Positions 7,633-14,378 of a stretch of 35,633 bases of DNA are shown in pieces. Made by a program: the position numbers and the translations under genes. The notes below the pieces were generated by a model. That model was not told where the DNA came from. It ran no database searches and worked only from the letters and a program-made list of their open reading frames with translations. Source of the stretch: Eubacteriales bacterium (lineage in GTDB: Bacteria > Bacillota > Clostridia > Oscillospirales > CAG-272). The stretch's first letter is position 1, and every line of letters starts with the position of its first letter. Location: assembly GCA_045129715.1 (NCBI GenBank), contig JBGVKA010000068.1, positions 1 through 35,633 of the forward strand, read 5' to 3'.

Positions 7633-9576
7633 TTACATTACTATTTCATAAAGCTCAAGAAGCTCTTCTTCTATTGCACTCTTGCGCTCCTCTATCTCTG
7701 CTGCGCGCACGTAGTTCGTTGCCGCCTCGCCGAAGAGCTCCTCCTCAAGAGCCTCGAGCTCAGCTTCAAGCTTTTCGATCTTTGCCTTCGCCTCGCGCTG
7801 ACGCTTTTCCTCGCTTCTGCGCTCTGCTGCCTCGCGCTTTCTCTGCTCGTATTCCTGCTTTGACGAGGTTTCGGGCTTCGAGGCGAGAGCCTCTGCCGCT
7901 TTTTGTAGCTTTGCTTCCTTTGCCGCGGTACGAATGCGCATATATTCGGTGTACGCGTCGTCGTAATCCTCAAGAGAGTAATCTACGAGTCCGCGCTCGT
8001 TTTCTGTGTCAAGCTCGATTATGCGCGTGGCTATTCTGTTTATAAAATATCTGTCGTGCGATACCGCTATGATGGTTCCGTCAAAGGCTAAAAGCGCGTT
8101 TTCAAGAGCCTCTGCGGAGCCTATGTCAAGGTGGTTCGTGGGCTCGTCCATAATAAGAAGATTTACCTTCTTAAGCATAAGCTTTGCAAGAGTGAGTCTT
8201 GCACGCTCGCCGCCCGAAAGCACGCTGATAGGCTTTATTATATCGTCTGCTCCGAAAAGGAAGAGCGCGAGGACCGAGCGAAGCTCACCGTCCTTCTTGT
8301 CGGGATATTCGTCGTGAAGCTCGTCAAAAACGGTCTTGTTTTGCGAAAGTCCGCGGTTTTCCTGATCGTAGTAGCCGATCTTTATGTTATACCCAAGCGT
8401 TATTTTTCCGCGAGTGGGAGTAAGCATAGAGTTGATAAGCTTCATAAGAGTCGATTTACCGCAACCGTTTTTACCGAGAAACAGCACGCGCTCGTATCTT
8501 CTTATAAGAAAAGAAATATCGTTGATGAGGGGCGAGCCCGTGTAGGAAAACGAGAGGTCCTTGACGTCGATAACGTCACCTGCGCTCTCCTCCTCGGCGT
8601 TGAACGAAAGGCGTATATCCTTCGGGGGAGGCGGTGCGAGCTCTATCTTTTCCATTCTTGCGAGCTGCTTTTCCTTCGATCTTATCGTCACGAAATTGTG
8701 CTCTCGGTTGCATCTGCGCTGGAATTCTATATTTGCCTTGATCTTGGCAATTTCCTTTTGCTGCTCCTTGTATCTCTTTTCAAGAGAAGCCGCCTCAGCC
8801 TCCTGCATATCCTTCGTTGCGGTGTAATTTCCGTTGTAAAGCTTTGCGCCCGCGTACTGTATATGAAGAGTTTTATTGGTGGTCCGGTCAAGGAAATATC
8901 TGTCGTGCGAGATTATTATAACGGTCTTCTTGTACGTTGAGATAAAGCTCTCAAGCCAAGCGAGAGAGTCAATATCAAGATGGTTCGTGGGCTCGTCGAG
9001 CATAAGAACGTCGGGCTCGGTCGCAAGAAGTCTTGCCAAGGAAAGACGGGTGTACTGTCCGCCCGAGAGGGTGGATATGTTCTGCATAAGCAGAGCCTCG
9101 TCAAAGCCGAGTCTTAATAGCATGCTCTTACATCTTGAGCGGAATTCAAGACCGCCGTCAAGCGCGAATTTTCTGTTGAGCTCCGTGAGCTCCTCGGTCT
9201 TCTTTACCGCCTCGTCGTGCATACCGTGAGAGGAAAGAATGGATATCTCACTCTCAAGTGCCGCGATTCTTGCCTCTGCCGCCACAAGCGCGGGGAACGC
9301 GGAATACATATAATCTATGCATCTCGTTGCACCGGGCAGAGCGGTAAGGTCGGGGTTCTGCTCAAGACAGCCGACGGTGTATCCCTTTTGCAGATACACG
9401 GCTCCCGAGTCTGCCGAATACACGCCGGTTATTACTTTAAAAAGCGAGGTCTTGCCCGCACCGTTCACTCCGATAACGCCAACTCTGTCACCGTCGTTTA
9501 CCGAGAACGAAACGTTTTTTAAAACGGTTTCCATACCGAAGGATAGGGAAACGTCGGATACCGATAATGCAATCAT
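7633..9576 (-). CDS. ABC-F family ATPase (two ABC domains, inter-domain linker, C-terminal coiled coil; Uup/YdiF-like)
   Basis: Two Walker A motifs (GVNGAGKTS, GKNGCGKST), two LSGG signatures (LSGGQ, LSGGE), no transmembrane domain and a lysine/glutamate-rich C-terminal coiled coil. Confidence 0.95.
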   Translation of the reverse strand: MIALSVSDVSLSFGMETVLKNVSFSVNDGDRVGVIGVNGAGKTSLFKVITGVYSADSGAVYLQKGYTVGCLEQNPDLTALPGATRCIDYMYSAFPALVAAEARIAALESEISILSSHGMHDEAVKKTEELTELNRKFALDGGLEFRSRCKSMLLRLGFDEALLMQNISTLSGGQYTRLSLARLLATEPDVLMLDEPTNHLDIDSLAWLESFISTYKKTVIIISHDRYFLDRTTNKTLHIQYAGAKLYNGNYTATKDMQEAEAASLEKRYKEQQKEIAKIKANIEFQRRCNREHNFVTIRSKEKQLARMEKIELAPPPPKDIRLSFNAEEESAGDVIDVKDLSFSYTGSPLINDISFLIRRYERVLFLGKNGCGKSTLMKLINSMLTPTRGKITLGYNIKIGYYDQENRGLSQNKTVFDELHDEYPDKKDGELRSVLALFLFGADDIIKPISVLSGGERARLTLAKLMLKKVNLLIMDEPTNHLDIGSAEALENALLAFDGTIIAVSHDRYFINRIATRIIELDTENERGLVDYSLEDYDDAYTEYMRIRTAAKEAKLQKAAEALASKPETSSKQEYEQRKREAAERRSEEKRQREAKAKIEKLEAELEALEEELFGEAATNYVRAAEIEERKSAIEEELLELYEIVM

Positions 9577-9587
9577 TTTGAATCCTC

Positions 9588-9640
9588 AAAAAAAGCGGGC
9601 GTAGGCTCCTCCTGCTAAAAGCGAAACGCCGTATGCCCGC
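9588..9640 (-). terminator. Intrinsic terminator between rluD and the ABC-F gene
   Basis: Minus strand reads GCGGGCATACGGC...GCCTACGCCCGC followed by T7. The T-run ends only about 11 nt before the ABC-F ATG; the GAGGA RBS lies in between. Confidence 0.7.
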
Positions 9641-9658
9641 ATTATGTAAACAATTATT

Positions 9659-10606
9659 TTAATTTATAGCCTCGTTTTCGAGAATATCGAGAAGCTTTTT
9701 GAAATCACTCGGGAGATCTGATTCGAAGGTCATACGATCCTTCGTCCTCGGATGCGTGAGGGTGAGTCTTTTTGCGTGGAGTGCCTGACCTGAAAGAAGC
9801 CTTGCGTGAGCTTTTTCGAACTGACTCCTTCCGCCGCCGTAGACCGTATCTCCGAGAAGAGGATGCCCCGTGTGAGACATATGCACTCTTATCTGATGCG
9901 TTCTTCCCGTTTCAAGAACGAGCTTAAGGTAGGTTATTCTGCCGTATGCGGTGATGACCTCATAGTGAGTCACTGCGTTCTTCGCGTGTGCCGCGGGTGC
10001 GGTAACGACCGCCATTCTTTTTCGGTCAACGGGATGTCTTCCGATGGGAAGGTCGACCGTTCCCGAGTCGTTTTTAAAGCCACCGTTAACGAGCGCGTGA
10101 TATTCGCGCACTATTCCGTGGTGCTCAAGCTCCTCCGAGAGTGCTCTGTGCGAAAAGTCGTTCTTTGCGCAAACGAGAAGTCCCGACGTGTCCTTGTCTA
10201 TTCTGTGCACGATGCCGGGGCGCATAACTCCTCCGATTCCGGAGAGCGAGCCTCGACAGTGGTACAAAAGTGCGTTGACGAGCGTTCCCGAGAGGTTTCC
10301 TGCCGCAGGGTGAACGACCATCCCAGACGGCTTGTTTATAACTATGATATCCGAGTCCTCATAGACTACGTCAAGAGGAATGTTCTCGGGCTCAGCCTCG
10401 TATTCCGAGACCTCCTCAGCCTCAAAGGATATCTCGTCGTCCCTTTTGACCTTGTATTTTTTATCTATGGAGTCCGTGACGCCGTTTATCGAAACACGCC
10501 CCTCCTCGATAGCGCGGACTACCGCGCTTCGCGATTCTCCCGTAGCGGCGGCAAGATACGCGTCGAGTCTTGCGCCTGCGTCGTTTTCACTAACCGTATA
10601 AGTCAT
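9659..10606 (-). CDS. rluD: RluA-family 23S rRNA pseudouridine synthase (RluD-like, N-terminal S4 domain)
   Basis: HRIDKDTSGLLV catalytic-Asp motif, an N-terminal S4-like segment, and a position after lspA as in Bacillus. Confidence 0.9.
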   Translation of the reverse strand: MTYTVSENDAGARLDAYLAAATGESRSAVVRAIEEGRVSINGVTDSIDKKYKVKRDDEISFEAEEVSEYEAEPENIPLDVVYEDSDIIVINKPSGMVVHPAAGNLSGTLVNALLYHCRGSLSGIGGVMRPGIVHRIDKDTSGLLVCAKNDFSHRALSEELEHHGIVREYHALVNGGFKNDSGTVDLPIGRHPVDRKRMAVVTAPAAHAKNAVTHYEVITAYGRITYLKLVLETGRTHQIRVHMSHTGHPLLGDTVYGGGRSQFEKAHARLLSGQALHAKRLTLTHPRTKDRMTFESDLPSDFKKLLDILENEAIN

Positions 10607-10608
10607 AA

Positions 10609-11136
10609 TTAATTTTTGCCGCCGTTCTTTTCCTTGAGTTCCTTTGCTTCCTTTACGATGTCACGTACGAGGGCGAGAACGAGAAGTCCCGCACCGACGC
10701 ATACGAAGGAATCGGCACCGTTGAAAACGGCAAAGTTTATAAGTCGGAAATCAATGAAATCTATAACGTACTGCAGCGCGATGCGGTCTATCATATTACC
10801 TATTCCGCCGGATATGATCATAGCTATCGAGATCTCGTAAAGCTTGTTTTCGGCAAGTCCGAGATAGAGATAGATGAGAAGACCGACTATCATAACCGTA
10901 GAGGTCGTCATAAATATCCAACGCTGATCCTTGAACATTCCGAATGCGGCACCGCGATTCTCAACGTAGGTGAGGTGAATAACGTTCTTGATTATCGGAA
11001 CGGTATCCACCACGGAGAGAAATTTAACCGAGAGCCATTTCGTGATCTGGTCGAGAAATATACCAACGACGATGATTGCGGAATAAAGGATGTAGTCGCG
11101 CGCGCTTTTTTTGGTTATCTTAAGAGATGAAGCCAT
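10609..11136 (-). CDS. lspA: Lipoprotein signal peptidase II
   Basis: Motifs VENRGAAFG, GNMIDR and FNGADSF, four predicted TM segments, 175 aa. Confidence 0.95.
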   Translation of the reverse strand: MASSLKITKKSARDYILYSAIIVVGIFLDQITKWLSVKFLSVVDTVPIIKNVIHLTYVENRGAAFGMFKDQRWIFMTTSTVMIVGLLIYLYLGLAENKLYEISIAMIISGGIGNMIDRIALQYVIDFIDFRLINFAVFNGADSFVCVGAGLLVLALVRDIVKEAKELKEKNGGKN

Positions 11137-11142
11137 CTATTC

Positions 11143-11544
11143 TTACGCCTCTGTTTCGTCGGATACGTCAACGTCGTGAGGAGTTATGATGAAGGTGTTT
11201 GCCGCAACGGGATTGATAAATCCGTCGGTGGTATAGGTAACTCCGTTAAGGAAATCGAGCATTCTGCGGCAGGTGGGCATATCGAGAAGCTCGGTGTTGA
11301 GAACGACGGTGCATCCCTCGATAAGATGGTCTGCAATCTTGCTTACCTCCTCAAAGCCCTGGGGCTTAACGAGCTTGAATTTAATGCTGCTATCCTTCTC
11401 GCTTTCGTCTGCCTTGAGGGTAGAGCCGAGAGACTCGCTCTTCTGAGCCTCGTCGTCGTATGAATCGGTAAAGCTTTTGAAGGTTATTTCCTCCTCGGAA
11501 TCCTGAAGTCTTTTGTTGAGCTTGTCTGCGATCTTTCCAAACAT
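11143..11544 (-). CDS. sepF: Cell division protein SepF
   Basis: 133 aa with a C-terminal SepF core (PQGFEEVSKIADHLIEGCTVVLN...FIITPHDV). It lies downstream of yggS, as in the Bacillus ylmE-sepF order. Confidence 0.9.
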   Translation of the reverse strand: MFGKIADKLNKRLQDSEEEITFKSFTDSYDDEAQKSESLGSTLKADESEKDSSIKFKLVKPQGFEEVSKIADHLIEGCTVVLNTELLDMPTCRRMLDFLNGVTYTTDGFINPVAANTFIITPHDVDVSDETEA

Positions 11545-11559
11545 TGTTTGTTCCTCCTG

Positions 11560-12252
11560 TTATTTTATAAAAAGTCTGCGTCCGACTCGAACGAGCGTAG
11601 AGCCCTCTTCGATAGCAACTCTGTAGCTGTCGCTCATTCCCATCGAAAGAGTTGGCTCGTTACCGAAGCCGTATTGCGAATTTAATTTATCAAAAAGATT
11701 TTTCGTAAGACGAAAATATTTTCTGAGATCCTCGGGATCCGTAACTGCGGGTCCCATAGTCATAAGTCCCGAAACCGCGATTCCATCGAACTTGGATACA
11801 CTTTCGAAAAAGCGCTCCGCATCCATGGGTAAGACTCCGCTTTTTTGCGGCTCCTCGGCACTGTTTATCTCGATCAAAACGGGAATCGCTTTGCCGAGCT
11901 TTTTTGCCTGTTTATCGATCTCCTTCGCGAGTGAGAGGGAGTCGAGCGAATGTATAAGCGTTGCCTTGTCGCAAACGAGCTTAGCCTTGTTCGATTGAAG
12001 CGTGCCTATCTGATGAAGCTCGGGAAAAAGCGCGGAATCGGTGAGAAGCTCTCCTCGTCTTTTGAGCTCACCGGGACGGTTTTCGCCTATAGCCGAAGCT
12101 CCGGCTCTTGCGAGAGCCAAAAGCTCCTCGTCTGTGCCGCTCTTAGTAACGCATACGAGCTTGGGCACGTTCGTTCCAACGCGCTCTGCAATGCTCGAAA
12201 GCTCGTCGTAAAGCTCTTTGAAATTTCTCTCTATATAGCCGTAATCAGTCAT
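11560..12252 (-). CDS. yggS: YggS/YlmE-family PLP-binding homeostasis protein (230 aa)
   Basis: The LVCVTKSG lysine motif and overall family resemblance. I place the start at the ATG at 12252 (MTDYGYIERN...). The 38 extra N-terminal codons in the ORF track (to 12366) look non-protein-like and overlap the hairpin array. Confidence 0.9.
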   Translation of the reverse strand: MTDYGYIERNFKELYDELSSIAERVGTNVPKLVCVTKSGTDEELLALARAGASAIGENRPGELKRRGELLTDSALFPELHQIGTLQSNKAKLVCDKATLIHSLDSLSLAKEIDKQAKKLGKAIPVLIEINSAEEPQKSGVLPMDAERFFESVSKFDGIAVSGLMTMGPAVTDPEDLRKYFRLTKNLFDKLNSQYGFGNEPTLSMGMSDSYRVAIEEGSTLVRVGRRLFIK

Positions 12253-12315
12253 TGAAAATACCACTCGGATCACAAAATATATTTCTTTAACTACCATTAA
12301 AACTATGATCGGAGA

Positions 12316-12471
12316 TCGAAATCTCTGATTTCGACGGCAAATCCATGATTTGCGAACAAATTTCAAACAGAAATTTGCCGATCAACGTTTCAATGATTTG
12401 GTCGCTAAAAGCTTTAGGGCTTTTAGCACGACTGAAAAAATTCAGTCGCGAAAAGGCGAGGTGCCTTTTCG
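12316..12471 (-). promoter_or_regulatory. Array of seven contiguous distinct hairpins (probable 5' leader RNA of the yggS operon)
   Basis: H1 12316-12334, H2 12337-12353, H3 12357-12377, H4 12380-12403 (one T-G pair), H5 12404-12427, H6 12429-12448, H7 12449-12471. Stems are 6-9 bp, loops 3-12 nt and spacers 0-3 nt. See the first finding for sequences. Confidence 0.6.
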
Positions 12472-12485
12472 ACGTACCATAAATC

Positions 12486-12515
12486 ATTATAACACATGCG
12501 GAGCCGTGATTTCAA
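12486..12515 (-). promoter_or_regulatory. SigA-type promoter reading into the hairpin array and yggS
   Basis: Minus strand reads TTGAAA-18 nt-TGtTATAAT. The predicted TSS is near 12479, about 7 nt before hairpin H7. Confidence 0.5.
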
Positions 12516-12551
12516 GTATTAAATTAAATATTTGATAAAATAATAAAATCC

Positions 12552-12580
12552 TATTGATTTTACACGAAAAATTTGATATA
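12552..12580 (+). promoter_or_regulatory. SigA-type promoter for mrnC-hisS
   Basis: TTGATT-17 nt-TGaTATACT, about 45 nt upstream of the mrnC ATG. Confidence 0.55.
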
Positions 12581-12623
12581 CTGTTAGGGTGAAATTAATT
12601 CGACTTTTCCGAGAGGTAGAGAG

Positions 12624-13037
12624 ATGCATGAAAAAATAAGAGGCGCGGCGTTGCCGTCGGTGGGAGCCTTGTCGTACGTCGGTGATGCGCGGCATTCGCT
12701 TTACGTCAGAACCATGCTCGTCAAGCGCGGTATTTCGAAATCCGGCGAGCTTAACGAGACGGCTCTTCGTTACGTGACCGCCGAGGCGCAGGCGGAGGCG
12801 TTTGCCAAAATAGAAGATCTGCTCCTCGAGGACGAAAGGGACGTGTTTAAAAGAGCGTATAATTCGACTCATCTTAACAAGCCGAAGCGTGCTTCGGGTA
12901 AGGATTACAGAACCGCAACGGGATTTGAGGCTGTGATCGGAATGCTGTCGTTTATAGGCGACGAAGAAAGAATAGATTATCTTCTCGGTGTTGCTCACGG
13001 AGAAAACGGAGGAATAGAAAATGATACAGAAAATTAA
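12624..13037 (+). CDS. mrnC: Mini-ribonuclease III (23S rRNA maturation)
   Basis: 137 aa with LSYVGDARHSLYVR (the RNase III-like signature of Mini-III) and FEAVIG. It overlaps hisS by 17 nt. Confidence 0.85.
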   Translation: MHEKIRGAALPSVGALSYVGDARHSLYVRTMLVKRGISKSGELNETALRYVTAEAQAEAFAKIEDLLLEDERDVFKRAYNSTHLNKPKRASGKDYRTATGFEAVIGMLSFIGDEERIDYLLGVAHGENGGIENDTEN

Positions 13038-14262
13038 AGGAACGATGGATATTTTGCCCGACGAAACTCCCCTGTTTCGTTATATTGAGGGCATTATGAG
13101 GGAGGAGGCCGAGAAATACGGCTACGGCGAGATAAGAACTCCTACCTTTGAGAACACCGAGCTCTTCGTAAGAGGAGTGGGTGATACGACCGACGTCGTT
13201 CAGAAGGAAATGTATACCTTCCAGGACAGAGACGAGGGACGCTCGATATCTCTTCGCCCCGAGGGAACCGCTTCGGTTGCAAGAGCCATAATAGAGAACG
13301 GCAAGTACGCCGATCCCATGCCTCTTAAATATTACTATATCATCTCCTGCTTCCGTCACGAGAAGCCCCAGGCGGGAAGAAGCCGCGAGTTCTTCCAGTT
13401 CGGAACCGAAATGTTCGGCTCCGAGAGTCCCGCATCCGATGCAACGGCAATTTCTCTTGCCGCCGCGGTCATCCGCCGCCTCGGTCTTAAGAACGTTAAG
13501 CTCCATATAAATTCGATCGGCTGTAAGGAGTGCAGACCTGCTTACCGCTCCGCTCTCGTTTCATATTTCGAGAGCCACAAGGAGAAGCTCTGCGATACCT
13601 GTAAGACTCGTCTTGACAAGAATCCCTTGAGACTTCTTGACTGTAAAAATCCCCCTTGCCACGAAATAGCGGTTGGTGCTCCGAAGACCGTTGAGCATCT
13701 TTGTGAGAGCTGTGAGGCTAAGTTCGATATGCTTAAGAAATCGCTCGACGCTATGGGCATTGAATACGTAGTTGATTCCTCTATCGTAAGAGGCCTTGAT
13801 TACTACACCGGCGTGGTGTTTGAGTTCATTGCGGAGGGCATCGGTGCTCAGTCCACCGTTTGCGGAGGAGGACGTTATGACGGACTCGTTGAGTCTCTCG
13901 GCGGTCCCAGCCTCTCGGGAATCGGCTTCGGAATGGGCATTACGAGAATAATCCTCGCTATGAAGGATCAGGGACTTGATAATATCGTAAATCCCGCGCC
14001 CGTGCTCTACGTTGCATCTCTTGGCGAGCGCGCGCAGATTAAGGCACTTGAGATAGTTGAGAGACTTCGTGCCGAGGGTAAGATATGCGAATGCGATATC
14101 GTTGGCAGAAGCCTTAAGGCTCAGATGAAATACGCTAATAAGATCGGTGCAGAGTACACCCTTATCATCGGAGACTCCGAGATGGATGCAGGACGTGCGC
14201 AGATGAGAAATATGAAGGACGGCACTCAAACAGAGGTCGAGCTTGATAACTTCACCGTATAA
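13021..14262 (+). CDS. hisS: Histidine--tRNA ligase
   Basis: KGTMDILP N-terminus, class II motifs (FRHEKPQAGRSREF, GGGRYD) and a C-terminal anticodon-binding domain, 413 aa. Confidence 0.97.
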   Translation: MIQKIKGTMDILPDETPLFRYIEGIMREEAEKYGYGEIRTPTFENTELFVRGVGDTTDVVQKEMYTFQDRDEGRSISLRPEGTASVARAIIENGKYADPMPLKYYYIISCFRHEKPQAGRSREFFQFGTEMFGSESPASDATAISLAAAVIRRLGLKNVKLHINSIGCKECRPAYRSALVSYFESHKEKLCDTCKTRLDKNPLRLLDCKNPPCHEIAVGAPKTVEHLCESCEAKFDMLKKSLDAMGIEYVVDSSIVRGLDYYTGVVFEFIAEGIGAQSTVCGGGRYDGLVESLGGPSLSGIGFGMGITRIILAMKDQGLDNIVNPAPVLYVASLGERAQIKALEIVERLRAEGKICECDIVGRSLKAQMKYANKIGAEYTLIIGDSEMDAGRAQMRNMKDGTQTEVELDNFTV

Positions 14263-14279
14263 ATTACAATCAGAAGAGT

Positions 14280-14315
14280 GCTGTTACAAATCTTAATTTG
14301 CAACAGCCTTTTTTG
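14280..14315 (+). terminator. Intrinsic terminator of hisS
   Basis: GCTGTTACAAAT-ctta-ATTTGCAACAGC (12 bp, one mismatch) followed by CTTTTTT. Confidence 0.8.
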
Positions 14316-14378
14316 TAAAGGATATGAAAATGACTGTGATAGCCTTTAAAACGCTATCAGATCGGAAAGGAACTGAAA

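Noticed and set aside
8131-8940. Long antisense ORFs opposite well-supported genes: 8131-8940 (+), 9806-10612 (+), 13561-14229 (-), 17512-17967 (-), 18481-19326 (-), 24876-25448 (-), 25588-26166 (-) and 12519-12998 (-).
   Set aside because: Each lies entirely within, and antisense to, a gene with clear family motifs. Their translations are low-complexity or Arg/Ser/Leu-rich with no motifs and no RBS. This is the expected by-product of codon bias at this GC content.
11560-12366. N-terminal extensions in the ORF track for yggS (to 12366), the PPIase (to 22220), the M16 peptidase (from 26155), the COG2426 protein (to 28120), the lipoprotein (to 31233) and the C26 protein (to 35196).
   Set aside because: In each case an internal ATG preceded by a GGAGG/GAAAGGA-type RBS gives a family-typical N-terminus. 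The extra residues are non-protein-like or overlap neighbouring genes or regulatory elements.
12287-12535. ORFs on both strands across the hairpin array (66 aa on the minus strand, 61 aa on the plus strand).
   Set aside because: Palindromic sequence tends to keep frames open on both strands. The minus-strand ATG overlaps the predicted -10 box, so it would lie upstream of the TSS. Neither ORF has an RBS.
12253-12623. A T-box riboswitch upstream of mrnC-hisS; hisS is often T-box regulated in Firmicutes.
   Set aside because: I found no T-box sequence (AANNNGGGUGGNACCGCG-like), no specifier-loop architecture and no terminator/antiterminator pair. The predicted plus-strand promoter lies only about 45 nt from the mrnC start.
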